Shown here piece after piece: positions 1 through 12,386 of a DNA stretch of 64,000 bases; position 1 is the stretch's first letter, and every line of letters begins with the position of its first letter. The stretch covers positions 20,524,001 through 20,588,000 of the forward strand of contig CM075989.1 in the NCBI GenBank assembly GCA_038087875.1, given 5' to 3'. Below the pieces are notes generated by a model. That model was given only the letters and a program-made list of their open reading frames with translations, was not told the DNA's origin and searched no databases. The position numbers and the translations under genes were made by a program. The DNA is from Malacoraja senta. Taxonomy: Eukaryota.

Positions 1-352
1 TTGACCAAACAATATTAAACAGTCATCTTTATTTATGTTAATGCTTGTTGCAAGTTACTTGGTTATATGTGAACCAAACACAAAGTGCTGGAGGAAATTT
101 AGAGTCAGGATGCTTCTTCACACTGATTGTAATAAGGGGGAGAGAAAACTGAAAGGTATGATAGGTGGATACAGGTGAGGGAGGGTTTGATCAGTAGATT
201 GGTGGACCAAGGCTAGAGATGAAAAAGAGGTAAAAGGTGTCAGATAAGGAGAATGGAGGAATGAAACATCAAGCCAGTGGGAGGGATATAGGTGGAAGGG
301 GGTGGGGGACAGTGAAGAGGGGGATAGAGGGGTAGGATTTTGGGAGATGTTT

Positions 353-775
353 GATGGCACTAGGCCTATATTCGCTGGAGTTTAGAAGAATGAATGGGGA
401 CCTCATTGAAACGTACAGAATAGTGAAAGACTTGGATAGAGTGGATGTGGAGAGGATGTTTCCACTAATGGGAGAGTCGAGAACTAGAGGTCATTGCCTC
501 AGGATTATAGGACGTTCTTTTAGGAAGGAGATGAGGAGGAATTTCTTTAGGCAGAGGGTGGTGAATCTATGGAATTCTTTGCCACAGAAGGCTGTGGAGG
601 CACAGTGGATATATTTAAGGCAGAGATAGATAGATTCTTGATAAGTACGGGTGTCATAGGTTTTGGGAGAAGGCAGGAGAATGGGTTTGGGAGGGATAAA
701 AAGATCAGCCATGATTGAACGGTGGAGTAGACTTGATGGGCTGAATGGCCTATTTCTACTCCTATCACTTATGAA
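353..775 (+). mobile_element. CR1-clade LINE 3' fragment (ORF2 C-terminus + 3' UTR), degraded
   Basis: ORF 351-629 LGLYSLEFRRMNGDLIETY...RTRGH...FFRQRVVNLWNSLP matches the C-terminus of the CR1 ORF at 57955-59385. Confidence 0.9.
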
Positions 776-1027
776 CTGATGACCTAAGTGGGTGCGTACT
801 GGAGTGGAGAGGGACACAGAAAAGGTAAAGTGGGAAGAGGGGTATTACTTAATAAATTGCTTACAATTATATATGTCATCTCCAGATTCCCATAATGTTT
901 CCAATGCATTGATATTGCAACGGCCAGCAGAACTACTAAATTAGCACTAAAGATGCCTTGAGCCAGACATCTCTGAGTTCAGCTGTCCATACCTCAAGCT
1001 GGTATTCTAACACTTAAAGACCCTCTC

Positions 1028-1535
1028 CCTAGCAGGTAAACCAGATCACTTCCACCTGACGTGGTCTGCATTTATAGAATTATTACAAACATAGGGTGCA
1101 AAAGTACTTTAAAAAAAATAAAAAATTGAGGTCAAGTAAGGGGGGATGATAGTTGAAGAATTGGTATGTCCTATTTACGTGATGCTCAAAAAAATATTGT
1201 TTTTTTTTTTTTTTTTTTTCCCTCTCTCTCTTTCTCTTTTTTTTCCTAGGGCCTATTTCTTAACTCTTTTTCTTTTGTTTTTAATTTCGCTCTTATAGGG
1301 TCTTCGTCCTTTTTTGTTGTTACATTTTCTACACTTTTCTACACTTTCACTTTTTCCTTCACTTTCTTCTTTCTTTCAATCTTTTCCTTTTCTAGTGTAA
1401 AAAAAAAATAAAGGGAGTACATTAATTGTAAGAAGATACAAATGACGAGTATTAATGTATGTGGTTGTAATGTAATGTACTTCTAATAAATAAAAATAAA
1501 AAAAATAAAAATAAATTAAAAAAAAAAAAAAAAAA
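1028..1535 (+). mobile_element. 5'-truncated L1-clade LINE 3' end with poly(A) and 12-bp TSD
   Basis: Codons 1029-1094 LAGKPDHFHLTWSAFIELLQT* resemble fish L1 ORF2 ends; T-rich 3' UTR, AATAAA, A-tail; TSD AAAGACCCTCTC at 1016-1027 and 1533-1544, preceded by TT (L1 endonuclease TT/AAAA-like site). Confidence 0.75.
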
Positions 1536-1672
1536 GACCCTCTCTTTTAATTCACTCCTTAACTCCTTGAGTAAGCTTTTGATCATCTTGACTCGAATTT
1601 ATGTGGATTTATAACAATTTTTGTTTGTTAAAATTCTTAAAGCACGTGGGAACATTTAACTTCACATTACAA

Positions 1673-1970
1673 GGCGGCACAGTGGTGCAGAGGTGGAGTT
1701 TGTGCCTTACAGCGCCAGAGACCCGGGATTGACCCGGACTCCGGATGCTGTCTGCACAGAGTTTGTGCGTTCTCCCTGTGACCACGTCGGCTATTTCCGT
1801 GATCTCCAGTTTCCTCCCACACTCCAAAGACGTGCAGGTTTGTAGGTTAATTGGCTTTGGTAAAATTGTAAATTATCCCTAGGGTGTAGGATAGTGCTAG
1901 TGTAGGGTGCGATCGCTGGTTGGTGTGCCCTTGGTGGGCCGATGGGCGTGCTGTTTCTCTGAAGTCTAAA
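1673..1970 (+). mobile_element. tRNA-derived V-SINE (HE1-like)
   Basis: tRNA-like head GGCGGCACAGTGGTGCAG, V-domain ...GTTTCCTCCCACACTCCAAAGACGTG, CR1-like tail; many paralogues in window. Confidence 0.85.
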
Positions 1971-2565
1971 GGACTCCATCCAAACCCAAGTTATTTTATT
2001 TTAGCAGAAGCAGCACAAAAAATAATGGAAGTGAGAAATGAATAGGGAAGTTACTGGTGAAAGAACAACTCTTTCTGTGATCTTCCCTCTTTGAAACTGC
2101 TGTTAGCTTCTAGGAACATGTAAGATGTTTAAAGAATTGAGTGAGTGGGTGGGTTTTGCTGCTTTGTAGTCCTGGCTGAGGCAGCATATGCTTGACCTGT
2201 TCCAGTCTCAGCAAAAACATTCGCAACACATTGCAATAAAAATGCACGTCATCCATCAGGTTGCAGCTGCTAATTTTACGTACTTGGCTCCAATGTTCCT
2301 GTTACACCGGTGACGGAGATGTGGAGTTGCTCTAACCCCTGGGGTTCTTGACTTTCAAGGTTTTCCTTTCTCCCAACGTTCTCGCATCCTTATATGAGAA
2401 GAGGCGCATGGATGTGCAGGGAATGGAGGGATATGGATCACGTGCAGGCAGCGGAGATGAATTCAACCTGGCATCATGTTCGGCACGGCCATCGTGGGCC
2501 AAAGAACCTGTTCCTGTGCTGTACTGTTCTCCGTGTATTACGCAGATTATACGTGCCATGCATAG

Positions 2566-2913
2566 TTAGTTTAGTTTATTGGCACATGTGCTGAGGTACA
2601 GTGAAAAGCATTTATGTTGCATGCTATCCAGTCAGTGGAAAGACGATACATGATTGCAATCAAGCTGTCCACAGTCTACAGATACAGGATAAAGAGAATA
2701 ATGTTTAGTGCAAGGTAAGGTCCAATTAAAGATAGTCCGAGGTTCTCAATCAGGTAGATAGTAGTTCAGGACTGCTCTCTAGCTGGTGATAGGATGGTTC
2801 ATTTGCCTGATAAGAGCAGGGAAGAAACTGTCCCTGAATCTGGAGGTGTGTGTTTTCACATTTCTGTACCTCTTGCCTGATAGGAGAGGGGTAGAGAGGG
2901 AGTGTCCAGGGTG
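2566..2913 (-). mobile_element. Rex1/Babar-clade LINE 3' fragment
   Basis: Minus strand encodes the degraded HP-HSL..LPSG.RYR..KTHTSRFRDSFFP C-terminal motif; (AAACT)n tail at 2566-2580. Confidence 0.75.
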
Positions 2914-2917
2914 ATGT

Positions 2918-3670
2918 TGATAATTGCTCGTTTCTAAGCTTCCCCCAGTATAGTTTCAGTAAAAACAAGCACTTGAAGCAACTACATTTTATTTTACCAA
3001 AAGCGCATCACAGATCACACACTGTACCTATCCCACCGCGGGTTCGATCCTCGCGTCTGCCTGTTCAAGCCCTCTAGGCCTCGCTCAGACAGAGGCACTC
3101 CGGAAGTTCACGCAGTCGCGAGCGCTCTTCCAGAAGATCGACGCTGAGCCTCGTGGCCGCGGACTTTTATATGTCCCGGGACCTCGAGGGACCGAACCAC
3201 ATGGGGGTGGTCTCTCAATAACCCAATTACAGATATCGATTAATCCCATACATAACAGGCATTTCCCTAACCCAATGATACAACAGTTCAATACATCGTA
3301 TTCACAACCGACTTCGAGATGAAGTCAACTTGGAAACATGTACCCTGATTAACAGAAAACCCAGACAAGGCTCAACACCTCATCCAATTAACACTTGGCA
3401 AAGTCAGACTCGGCAACATTATTTACAACTATTTACAAGGTGTATGTCTGGTTTGCAGCCATCCAATCCATTCTATGCATTTTGCACCAGATTGACAGGG
3501 TTTGTAAGGCTTTCCATTCTTTGCATGCAAATTGTATCTAAGCTCCAGACACTCTGGCACCTCTCTGCAGCTTGTCCCAGCTCTGCAGAGAGTAATTCCA
3601 ATTTGACCAAATCTCCCCGTAACCCTGAAACTTAACCCCACTAGCTGGTTCAATTTAGCCAGGATTAACA
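2918..3670 (-). mobile_element. Solo LTR (ERV/Gypsy-type), ~753 bp
   Basis: Ends TGATAAT...ATTAACA (TG..CA, imperfect inverted ends); 4-bp TSD ATGT at 2914-2917 and 3671-3674; minus-strand TATA (ATATAAAA, 3165-3172) upstream of minus-strand AATAAA (2988-2993); CpG-rich. Confidence 0.75.
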
Positions 3671-3711
3671 ATGTTGTAGTTGGTAGAGTATCTCATGGCA
3701 TTTGCTGGCAA

Positions 3712-4058
3712 GGACGAGAGCACCCCGGCCACTCCCTCTTCTCCCCTATCCCATCAGGCAAAAGGTATAGAAGTGTGAAAACGCATACCTCCAGATTCAG
3801 GGACAGTTTCTTCCTAGCTGTTATCAGGCAACTGAATCATCCTACCACAATCAGAGAACAGTGCTGAACTACTATCTACCTCTTTGGTGACCCTTGGACT
3901 TCCCTTGATCGGACTTTGCTGGCTTTACCTTGCACTACATGTTATTCCCTTATCATTTACACTGTAAATGGATCGATTGTAATCATGCATTGTCTTTCTG
4001 CTGACGCAACACCAACCTCACAGTACACGTGATAATAAACTAAACTAAACTAAACTAA
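3712..4058 (+). mobile_element. Rex1/Babar-clade LINE 3' fragment
   Basis: DESTP/HPGHSLFSP.PSGKRYRSVKTHTSRFRDSFFLAVIRQLN motif; ends ...CACGTGATAATAAAC(TAAAC)n. Confidence 0.8.
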
Positions 4059-4696
4059 AAAGTTGGCTCAGACTTACGTTCACTTACACCAGCAATATCA
4101 TGCTGACTGAGAGTGGTGGATTCTCATAAAAGCCAGTCAGGCATGGAGGCGTTGATGGACTTGACTGGTTAGTATCAGTCTCACCTGAGTATGAAGATTA
4201 TGTGCATTTTAGCTTTGCTGTCGATTTCCAAGCGTGAAGCCAAGGCTTGTATTTCTCTGCAGCACTGAGAGAGTAGTGTCTGTTAGGTTTGGCAAATTCC
4301 AAGGAGGGCTTTAAAATTGGGCTCTGACTACACTCTTAGTTAAACATAAAAGATTCCACCAAGAACACCAGGGAAGTCTCCTATCGGATCCTATGGAAAA
4401 CTTTCCTCATTCACCAATTAATGTAGGAATGTGCCTGTTTACTACTTGCTGCTTGGCCACTCTGATACATGCAAATTGACGACTGATTTTCCTGTGGCAT
4501 AAATGGCGACACATTCAGAAGTATTTATTTGACTGTGGATATCTCGAGGTTATGTAAGGTAACGTATAGGTTTAGGTTATCTCTTTCAGTGGAGGTCAGT
4601 TTTTGTTTACATTACGCCCTTGACTTGGTTGGGCCAAAAAGTACAATTGTAGATCAGAGAAGATGAAAAACAAACAAAAATTGTCCGTGTGATTCA

Positions 4697-5245
4697 GGGC
4701 GGCACGGTGGCACAGCGGTAGAGTTGCAGCCTTACAGCGTCACAGACCCGGGTTCCATCCTGAATACGGGTGTTGTCTGAACAGAGTTTGTACATTCTCC
4801 CCGTGACCTGCGTGGATTTTCTCCAGGTGCTCCGGTTTCCTCCCACACTTGAAAGACGGAAGGTTTATAGGTTAATTAGCTTCTGTAAAGATTGTAAATT
4901 GTCCCTAGTGTGGAGGATAGTGCTAGTTGCTAGTGCACGGGGATTACTTGTCGACATGGACTCGGTGGGCCGAAGGGCCTGTTTTCCTACTGAGTTCACA
5001 CCGAGTATTGATCACCCACTCATACTGGTTCTGTGCTATCCCACTTTCTCATCCACTCACTACATATTAGGGACAATTTTCTTTTGCTAAGTTACAAACA
5101 CGCACGTCTCTGGGATGTGGGAGGAAACTGGAGCACTCAGAGGAAAACCACAAAGTTGCAGGGAGAACGTGCAAACTCCACATGTACAGCACCCAAAATC
5201 ACGATCAAACCCAGGGATCCAGCTCTGCCAGCTGTGCCGTCTTAC
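4697..5245. mobile_element. Two V-SINEs tail-to-tail (4697-~4988 plus; ~4986-5245 minus)
   Basis: A-box TGGCACAGCGG and B-box GGTTCCATCC head at 4697; reverse-oriented V-domain TGTGGGAGGAAACTGGAGCAC at ~5117. Confidence 0.8.
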
Positions 5246-5253
5246 ACAGTTTA

Positions 5254-5583
5254 AGGGCCTGTCCCACGTACGCAATTCTTTTTGGCGACTTGCCGGCACC
5301 CGTCATAGTCGCAGCAGGTCTCCGAAAATTTTCAACATGTTGAAAATCCAGCGGCGACCAGAAAAAGGTACGACTCTTTGGGCGACTACTCACCACCATA
5401 CAGGTGACACGAGTCGACATGTCGCGGGGTGACGCCTGTATGGTCGTGAGTAGTCGCCCAAAGACTCGTGTCATTTTCTGGTCACCGCTGGATTTTCAAC
5501 ATGTTGAAAATTTTCAGCGACCTGCTGCGACTATGACGGGTGCCGCAAGTCGCAGAAAAAATTGCGTAAGTGGGACAGGCCCT
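5254..5583. mobile_element. PIF/Harbinger-type MITE, almost fully palindromic
   Basis: TIR AGGGCCTGTCCCAC / GTGGGACAGGCCCT; arms complementary around centre CGACATGTCG (~5416-5425); left flank TTA, right flank CGA (TSD not intact). Confidence 0.8.
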
Positions 5584-7687
5584 CGATAACATTTAATTTC
5601 AACATATGCTGCACATTCATTTCAACTGAAGATTGGTGGCAACCACTGAAAATCCACCCAGGTTCTCTTAACAGCTCCTGACAGATTAATCTTTTGTTCC
5701 TGGAAACCGCAGGATATTCTGGGAAGTTTGGAAACATGATAGTGTTGATCTTTCACGCTCTCTGAGGTGGCCGACCAGACCAGACAGCTGGTAAAACGAA
5801 CGACAACCGGAGGTTCATCTCCGCCTTCTGGAAAACAACAAATGGACAATGTTGCCATTGTATTTGCATTGCCCCAATCCAGTTGAAAAAATATGGGAAT
5901 GAGCAAATTCCAGTTTGGTTCAACATATTTTACTTATGCACTGTATTTTATGAAGGAAATGGTAAGGGAAAATTAGCCAGAGATGAGCTACAGGGTCATA
6001 GAGTCATACAGCATGGAAACAGACCCTTCGGCCCAACTTGCCCACGATTCTCCATCTACACCAGTCCCACCTACCTGCGTTTGGCCCATGTCCTTCTAAA
6101 CCTTTTCTATCCTTGTACCTGTGTAGGAAGGAACTGCACTGAAGATAGACACAAAATGCTGTAGTAACTCAGTGGGTCAGACAGCATCTCCAGAGAAAAG
6201 GAATAGGTGAATTAAATCTTTCCCCTCTCACCTGAAACCAATGTTCTCTGCTTCACACTTTCCCTATTCTAGGTAAGTGCATTCACCCTATCTATTCCCC
6301 TCATGATCTTATAGACATCTATAAAATCACCCCCTCATCCTCCTGCGCTCCAAGGAATAAAGTCCTAGCCTGCTCAACCTCTCCATATAGCTCAGGCATC
6401 TCGAGTGCTGGGCACATTCTCGTCACACCCACTGATATTTAATAAAGGCAGAGGCGTAAGAGACTGCAGATGCTGGAATCTGGAAGAAGAAAAGGAGAGT
6501 TGCTGGTGGAAACCAAAGGGTCGGGCAGCATTTGTAGAGGGAAATGGACACTTCATCTGGACCGAGATAGTAGCGGCATAGCCAGTAAAAAGAAAAGTAG
6601 CGGAGTCAGGGGATATGGGGAGAAGGCAGGAACGGGGTACTGATTGGGGATAATCAGCCATGATCACATTGAATGGTGGTGCTGGCTCGAAGGGCCGAAT
6701 GGCCTACACCTGCACCTATTGTCTATTGTCTATTGTCTAAACGGGCAAGAGAGATGAGCCAAGAGTTGGCATTGTCGGTTGTCTCTTATGTTTTTTAAAA
6801 CAGTTGGGATTGCAATATTGTGGTTCTGGTGTGCTTGGAAAGTTCTGGATGGACTGAAGGAACAGATATTTTGAACTCTTGAAAATAATGGGGCGGGTAG
6901 TTTCACCAAAGTTGTGAGATAGAAAGATGGAGGTAGGTGAGGGTGAAGTGTGAATGGCTGGGGTATTGCTGTATTTGTAATTATGGAGAGGGGTGCTCTG
7001 GAGATACTAGTTCTGACTGTGGAGTGAAATTTAACAATTGGGTGAAAACTCCATCTGCCAGAGAGTGGTTCTCTGTGGAACAAGGAGTTACTGATGGGCA
7101 CAGATGCTCAGAACAAAGTTGGGAAGTCAAAGAAAGTTGAAAGAGATGCAAGTGGGGAAGTAATTAGAAATACTGACCTATTTAGATGAATGGCCTGCTT
7201 CTGTGCTGTAAAACATTACTTAATATCATGTTAATTCTTCTTAATTAATCATTTTGATTTTGAAACCAAATTACCACACAGAATTAATCATTATATTTTC
7301 GCTAATGCATTTAGCAACTTTTGATTTTATTGTCTCTTTGCTAAATGTCTCAATTACATGTGATTGTGAATTCCACATCCTAACCTAACTGCTTCTTGGG
7401 TGAGGGAGTTTATTCTGTAGTCTTACTGAATTATTTGGTGACAACCCAATATTTATGACCTCCAGTTCTCTACTCCGAGTGCAAATATTTTCACCAAATC
7501 TTCCCTTTGAAAGGTATTTCAGAATTCTCCCAGTGGGATTATAATTGAAGAGTTTTGTAAGTAATTCCAATTCATAAACTGGCCTGTCAGCTCATTTCTA
7601 TGTGAAGCCTTGTCCTGCAAACCGTATTGCTCCCTTTGCCTAAACAGCCATTGCACTTAGTATGAATAATCAAATGAAGCACAATAT

Positions 7688-8009
7688 TTTTAGTTTAGTT
7701 TAGAGATACAGCGTGGAAACAGGCCCTTTGTCCCACCGAGTCCGCACCGACCATCAATCACCTGTACACTAGTTCTATGTTATCCCACTTTCACATCCGA
7801 CACACTGGAGGCAATTTTACAGAAGCCAATTAACCTGCAAACCTGCACGTCTTTAGAATGTGGGAGGAAACCGGAGCACCCAGGGGAAAACCTGTGTGGT
7901 CACAGGGAGAACGTACAAACTCTGCACAGACAGCACCCATAGTCAGGATCAAACCCTAGTTTCTGCCGCTGTGAGGCAGTAGCTCTACTGCTGTGTCACT
8001 GTGCCACCC
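7688..8009 (-). mobile_element. V-SINE (HE1-like), full length
   Basis: (TTTAG)n tail + GAAACAGGCCC at 7688; reverse tRNA head ending GTGCCACCC. Confidence 0.85.
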
Positions 8010-8207
8010 CAATTACATTGAGTCATTTCTCAGGTAAATTAACATAATACAATTCAAATCTTTGCTTCTATCATAAATTTGAAATGTGAAATGCGATAAC
8101 TGAGATTTAAACATTATTTTCCAATTGCATTGTGCATAAAACAAGCAGAGTATGACTGAGAAATTCCAATGGAGGTAAACCACTGCTCTAAAAATGTATA
8201 AAGTATG

Positions 8208-9080
8208 GTAGACACAAAGAGCTGGAGTAACTCAGCGGAACAGGCAGCATCTCTGGAGAGAAGGAATGGGTGACATTTCGGGTCGAGACCCTTCTTCAGA
8301 CTGATGTGAGGGGAGTGGGCGGGACAGAGATAGAATGTAGTCGGAGACAGTAAGACTGGTGGGAGAACTGGGAAGGGGAGAGGATGGAGAGAGAGGGAAA
8401 GGAAGGGCTACTTGAAGTTAAAGAAGTCAATGTTCATACCGCTGGGGTGTAAGCTACCCAAGCGAAATATGAGGTCCTGTTCCTCCAATTTTCGCTGGGC
8501 CTCACTCTGACAATGGAGGAGGCCCAGGACAGAAAGGTCAGATTGGGAATGGGAGGGGGACTTAAAGTGCTGAGCAACTGGGAGATCAGGTAGGTTAAGG
8601 CTGATTGAGCGGAGGTGTTCAGCGAAACGATCGCCGAGCCTGCGCTTGGTCTTGCTGATGTACAGAAGTTGACACCTGGACCAGCGTATACAGTGGATGG
8701 TGCAAGTGAAGGGCCTGTCCCACTGTACGAGGTAATTCAAGAGTTCTCCCGAGTTTTCCCCTGATTCGAACTCGGAGAATGTCCGTAGCAGGTCAGTAGG
8801 AGTTCGTGGATGTCTCGTAGCGGCTTGTAATGCTAACGGTAGGTACTCGGGAAATCAGGTAAACTCGTGATGTTTTTTCAACACTGTGAAAAATGTCCAC
8901 GAGTAAAAAATACTCGTGATGAAATTTTTAAAAACTTTTTACTCGTACGAGCCACTACAAGACATCCACGAACTCCTACGGACCCGCTACGGACATTCTC
9001 CGAGTTCGAATCAGGGGAAAACTCGGGAGAACTCTTGAATTACCTCGTACAATGGGACAGGCCCTTAAACCTCTGCCTCT
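8208..9080 (-). mobile_element. Penelope-like element 3' part: GIY-YIG endonuclease + pseudo-LTR, interrupted by MITE
   Basis: ORF 8408-8740 IHCIRWSRCQLLYISKTKRRLGDRFAEH...VAQHF...KLEEQDLIFRLGSLHPSGMN; homologous to 17081-17619; host sequence resumes after MITE (ACCTCTGCC ~9069-9077). Confidence 0.85.
8710..9065. mobile_element. PIF/Harbinger-type MITE nested in PLE
   Basis: TIR AGGGCCTGTCCCAC / ATGGGACAGGCCCT with long inverted arms; flanks TGA/TAA; empty site GCAAGTGAACCTCTGCC seen in PLE paralogue at ~34986. Confidence 0.85.
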
Positions 9081-10200
9081 AAAGTATATTCTCTTCCAAG
9101 TAATATTAAAACTAGTCTATTAAGAAGATAAAGAATAAGAAGGCACCATGTTTCCTATCGTGGAAACTAGTTTGAGACCCAAATATTAAAAAAAATTGAG
9201 ACTTGCAATACACCCTGAAAAAAATAATATTTCTGGTACAATTTTATATTACACCCATTCGTTAAAAGAGAGTCAAAACTTATTAAGGTTGGATGCTTAA
9301 TAAGTTTTCATTGATACTGTGAAATAATTTAAAATTGTATCGATAATCCATTATTGGATGCTTCTCATATTTTAAATATTAAATTCTATTACATTTCTCA
9401 TACATTTAAAGGAAAAATCATTATTCCATTTTTCTTTCCACTTCCATTATACAAATTCATATCAGTTTCTGATATGAATTTGTTTCTGCCGTTCAGATTT
9501 CACAGTCTGGGCCGTGTTTTGAGTGGTGAAAGGGTTAATACTGCATCCTCTGGTATGCCACAATTAAACAGAACCATTTTGTCCTCTTCCAAGGATGTTT
9601 ACAAACTGAGAGCTTGCAATGAATTCCTGCTTTCACTCAGGAATGAATCTGAATTAAAGGTGAATGCAAGTCAAAATATGATTCAGAAAGTGTTTAATTT
9701 ATCCAGTGTATAAACACGGTACCTGTAATTAGAATTATATTGACATTAGTGCAGTGCAGGAAAGCACATTGGTCTGGGAACTAATTCAGAGATTTTAGGT
9801 CACTGGAAAGTTCTAAGTTCAATCCTTACCAGAAGGTAATGTCGTCTTGCTTTGCTATTAGTTCATTTAATACCCAATTTCCCCTCTGTTCCTTTAAATT
9901 ACTTCTGCAACACTGAACAGTTCACTGTTTGTGATAAGGTGCAGAGACGTATAGAAAAGGTAAAGCAACCCCAATGCTACAAAAGCTGTCAATGTTCCAA
10001 TGGCTTACTGCTGGAACTCAGTAAGACTTCACAACATTTTTTTAAAATTCCATTAAGTATGTCTCTTTGTAAAGAACTGATCATTCCAGATTGAATTTGA
10101 TAAATTGCCCAAATATAATGTTCTACTCAGCTATTTATAAATATTTAGTTTTTAGAGCTCTAATATGAATTTAAAATTAGTTAGCAAGTACTTTCTGGTT

Positions 10201-11233
10201 ACAAATCAAATCAAATCAATCAAATCAAAAACTTTATTTGCCATTTGTGCTTACACACATAGGAACTCTTGTGCGGTTGTTCAGAGAGTCAAGTCAAGTC
10301 AAGTTAAAAAGACACACAGAAAGACACATAATCTATAAACTATAAACACATATACTATGATATGTTATGAGGTGGGTCAGGACATCAGTTCATTTTGTTT
10401 TGGCCAAGAGTCTCACTGTGGCAGGGAAGAAGCTCTTGAAAAAGCGTGTTCTGTTTGTGGCGATGCTGTCCGCTTGTCTGTGCCTGAGGTTGTATGTGCA
10501 GTGTTTGTGTTTGAGCAGGGAGTGAGCTGGATGTAGTGTGTCTCTGATGATTCTCTCTGCTCTTTTTTGACAGCGCTGTGTGTAGATTGTTTCCATGGAG
10601 GGAAGTTCCGTTCTGATAATCCTCTCTGCAGTCTTTATGACTCTTTGCAGAGCCTTCCTCTCTGTCTGTGTGGTGTTTCCATACCACACCGTAATGCCTG
10701 TGGTGAGGATGCTCTCTATCAGTCCTTTGTAGACCTGGGTGAGAGGGCGACAGTGCAGACCAGCTTTGCTGAGCAGCCTGGTGAAGTACAGTCTCTGCTG
10801 GGCTTTTTTCACTGTTGCGGCAGTGTTCAAAGTCCAGTTCAGATCTGATGTTACTTGTAATCCCAGGTATCTGTAACTGTCAGCCGTCTCCACCACAGTC
10901 CCCTTGATGATGAGGGGCTGCAGGGGGTGTGGATTTTTTCTGAAGTCCATTATTATTTCTCTTGTCTTGTCTGTGTTGAGGCTTAGGTCGTTCACCTCAC
11001 CATAGGCAAGAAAGTCATTCACCAGATTCCTGTAGCCCGACTCGTCCCCCCCCTTGATGAGGCCCAGGATGGTGGTGTCATCCGCATACTTAATAATGAT
11101 GGTATTTTCCTGGGTGGAGACACAGTCGTGTGTGTACAGGGTGAAAAGTTTGGGACTGAGACAGCAGCCTTGTGGTGATCCTGTGCTGACAGTGAGCTCT
11201 GCAGACACCCTCCTTCCCATCCTCACCACCACC
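10201..11233 (-). mobile_element. Rex1/Babar-clade LINE, 5'-truncated
   Basis: RT C-terminal half; short-repeat tail (CAAAT)n at 10201-10230. Confidence 0.85.
10390..11233 (-). CDS. Partial reverse transcriptase (Rex1/Babar clade), open frame
   Basis: GSPQGCCLSPKLFTLYTHDC, YADD, YLG, KKAQQRLYF, HPAHSL...RFFKSFFP motifs. Confidence 0.85.
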
Positions 11234-11308
11234 ACCAGCATCTGCAGTTCTTTGATCAACAAGTGTCAGACTCAATTGACAGATACCAACAGAGCCCAAT
11301 CTTGCTCA
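11234..11308 (+). repeat. 75-bp exact duplicate of 13764-13838
   Basis: ACCAGCATCTGCAG...AGAGCCCAATCTTGCTCA identical at both loci. Confidence 0.9.
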
Positions 11309-11630
11309 ACAGCCAGCGTGTGAATTAAAGGATCCCAAAACACGAAATCAGACTTGCTACCGAGCATCTGAAGTCAAGCCAAAGGACAAATTTAAAAATG
11401 AAAAAATTGAAAACACATATTGAGAAGAGCTTCTTCACACAAAGAGTGATGTGTTTGGAATAACCTGGTGGTCAGAGTGTAATGGAAAAAAAACACTGAA
11501 GGCATGAAACTGCAGCTGGATCCTCCAATGATTGAGTTGACCTGCAATGGGCCAAAAGAGTTTTACTCACCCTGACTTCTGAATCATAGAGAAGATTGTG
11601 TGAACTTTTAATTTCCTGTGATCCCATGTA

Positions 11631-12386
11631 TTTTAGTTTGGTTTATTATCACGTGTACCAAGGTACAGTGAAAAGTTGTTTGCTAACCAGTCAGTGGAAG
11701 GAGTTACAATCAAGCCATCCACATTGTACCGATACAGGGTCTGAAGAAGGGTCTCGACCCAAAAAGGCACCCATTTCTTCTCTCCAGAGTTGCTGCCTGC
11801 CTCACTGAGTTACTCCAGCATTTTGTGTCTATCTTCGGTTTATACCAGCATCTGCAGTTCCTTCTTACACAGATGTTTAAGAAGGAACTGCAGGTGCTGG
11901 AAAATCGAAGGTAGACAAAAATGCTGGAGAAACTCAGCGGGTGAGGCAGCATCTATGGAGCGAAGGAAATAGGCAATTTTTCGGATCAAAACCCTTCTCA
12001 AGGGTTTCGACCCGAAACGTTGCCTATTTCCTTCGCTCCATAGATGCTGCCTCACCCGCTGAGTTTCTCCAGCATTTTTGTCTACCTTCCTACACAGATA
12101 CAGGACGACAGCAATAATGTTCAGTGCAAGATAAAGTCCAGAAAAGTCTGAGTAAAGATAGTCCAAGGGTCTCCTATGAGGTAGATGGGAGGTCAGGACT
12201 GCTCTCGAGTTGGTGATAGGATGGTTCATTTGCCTGTTTACAAATGGGAAGACACTGTCCCTGAAACTGGAGGTGTGTTTTCACACTTCTGTACATCTTG
12301 CCTGATGGAAGAGGGGAGAAGAGGGAGTGATCAGGGTGAGACTCATCCTTGATTATGTTGGTGGTCTTGCTGAGGCAGTGTGACGT
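11631..12386 (-). mobile_element. Rex1-type 3' fragment interrupted by nested PLE-terminus inserts (~11739-12095)
   Basis: DESHPDHSLFSPLPSGKMYRSVKT motif; GATACAGG duplicated around the PLE composite. Confidence 0.7.

Noticed and set aside
9354..9713. 119-aa ORF as host exon
   Set aside because: No recognisable domain and only weak splice signals.
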